The translations under genes and the position numbers were made by a program. The notes beneath the pieces are model-generated. The model ran no database searches and was not told the DNA's origin. It was given only the letters and a program-made list of their open reading frames with translations. 64,000 nt of DNA, from positions 576,001 to 640,000 of the forward strand of contig OY729428.2 of NCBI GenBank assembly GCA_963422375.2, read 5' to 3'. The stretch comes from Bryobacterales bacterium. Lineage in GTDB: Bacteria > Acidobacteriota > Terriglobia > Bryobacterales > UBA6623. How positions within the stretch are numbered: position 1 is the first letter of the stretch; the number at the start of each line of letters is the position of its first letter. Shown here one piece after another: positions 63,631 to 64,000 of this stretch.

Positions 63631-64000
63631 ATGCTGCGGATTGCGAGAATCCCCTTCGCCGTGATGCGGGCGCATGCCGAGGCGGCCTACCCGAACGAGT
63701 GCGTCGGGGCGATGCTCGGCAAGGCCGGCGCGGACGCGAAGTCGGTGGGGCTGGCGATGCCCTTGGAAAACTCAGCCGGCGGGTCGCAGCGCGCCTTCTA
63801 CGAGCTGTCCGCGGATAGCCTGCTGGCCGCCGACGCGGCCGCTCGGAAGATGGGACTGGACGTGATCGGCATCTATCACTCCCATCCCGACGCGGACGCC
63901 TACTTCTCCGAGACCGACCTGAAGCACTCCTGCCCCTGGTATTCGTTCGTCGTGCTCTCGGTCAAGGGCGGCCGCTACGACCACGCCAGCAGCTGGCTGC
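63631..64000 (+). CDS. Mov34/MPN/JAMM peptidase (Mec-like), runs off the window
   Basis: AYPNECVG and YHSHPD..FSETD JAMM motif; 7 nt after the cysM stop. Confidence 0.88.
   Translation, partial: MLRIARIPFAVMRAHAEAAYPNECVGAMLGKAGADAKSVGLAMPLENSAGGSQRAFYELSADSLLAADAAARKMGLDVIGIYHSHPDADAYFSETDLKHSCPWYSFVVLSVKGGRYDHASSWL

Overview
High-GC bacterial chromosome segment, most consistent with Acidobacteriota (Bryobacterales-like). This is an inference from the Oar-type TonB receptor, the acidobacterial-type VWA protein, Tat-exported Gfo/Idh/MocA enzymes and a PSD1 cytochrome protein. The intact backbone carries cvpA, bshB1, uxuA-like, trpG, uvrC, tsaC, a rhodanese, a heterodimeric ABC exporter, an iolD/SSS/iolE-like inositol block, a sulfatase, tRNA-Val(TAC), an M1 aminopeptidase and cysM-mec. 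Decayed accessory patches interrupt it at about 16.1-22.5, 23.7-26.3, 33.8-35.5, 43.9-45.3 and 49.0-55.3 kb, and contain IS1595, ISAzo13 and ISNCY-type elements plus pseudogenes. The best candidate for an under-described system is a cryptic ABC-ATPase + DUF3226-like TOPRIM pair (PARIS-like architecture) at 50.6-54.0 kb. It becomes readable only after removing two inverted IS1595 copies and is clearly inactivated. Also notable are recurrent 9-20 bp tandem duplications, a HEPN relic, a coupled rhodanese/72-aa/phosphoesterase operon and apparent leaderless promoters. No CRISPR array or rRNA was seen. All family assignments come from motif recognition, not database searches.
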